From: a virus | Strand: one strand, 5' to 3' | IMG/VR virus record: IMGVR_UViG_3300045999_002371 | Location: 1 to 64,000 of that record | Length of the DNA: 64,000 bases | In this document: in pieces, positions 63,999 through 64,000 of the stretch | Numbering within the stretch: position 1 is the first letter of the stretch | How the letters are laid out: each line of letters opens with the position of its first letter | The notes under the pieces: model-generated | Told to the model about the DNA's origin: nothing | Databases searched by the model: none | The model's input: the letters and a program-made list of their open reading frames with translations, nothing else | Program-made: the position numbers and the translations under genes

Positions 63999-64000
63999 AC

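Noticed and set aside
1-64000. tRNA, tmRNA or rRNA genes
   Set aside because: No cloverleaf with a T-loop GTTCRA and matching acceptor stem was recognised in intergenic gaps; tRNAscan/ARAGORN would be needed to be certain.

Overview
This window is 64 kb of a large contractile-tailed (myovirus-like) phage. Its host is very probably an actinobacterium: it carries two WhiB genes, an MSMEG_6728-family glycosylase and leaderless TANNNT promoters. There are two convergent blocks. (i) About 1-12.7 kb, + strand: a structured non-coding leader, many tiny early-type ORFs, a MoxR AAA+/vWA-metallopeptidase pair, an HNH nuclease, a stand-alone sigma70 region-4-like peptide, WhiB, a UV-repair glycosylase, an HTH, a tyrosine recombinase and a membrane-anchored lytic transglycosylase. 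(ii) About 12.7-64 kb, almost all - strand: class II RNR, a TGT/DpdA-like + HAD + nucleotidyltransferase cluster, small basic proteins, SpoVS, RuvC, an S8 protease, recombination and replication genes (Cas4-like, RecA, PolA, SSB, SNF2, primase, DnaB, DnaC-like, initiator), APS-kinase-like and sulfotransferase genes, and baseplate, tape measure, tube, sheath and fibre genes. No capsid, portal or large terminase gene was recognised, so they probably lie outside the window. The most striking unexplained signal is that the left ~12.2 kb is a distinct sequence domain. On manual reading it lacks GCNGC, GGNCC, CCNGG, ACGT and ATAT, so completely that none of its proteins contains an AA, GP or PG dipeptide, even in normally conserved motifs. 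It is strongly enriched in GATC/TCGA. It ends in a frame-independent, one-strand array of AAGCCATACCA(A/G)AAG-like repeats and a hairpin containing the first CCWGG and GCNGC sites found. This is consistent with an undescribed first-entry / two-step DNA-injection region (inference). All motif counts are manual and need computational confirmation.
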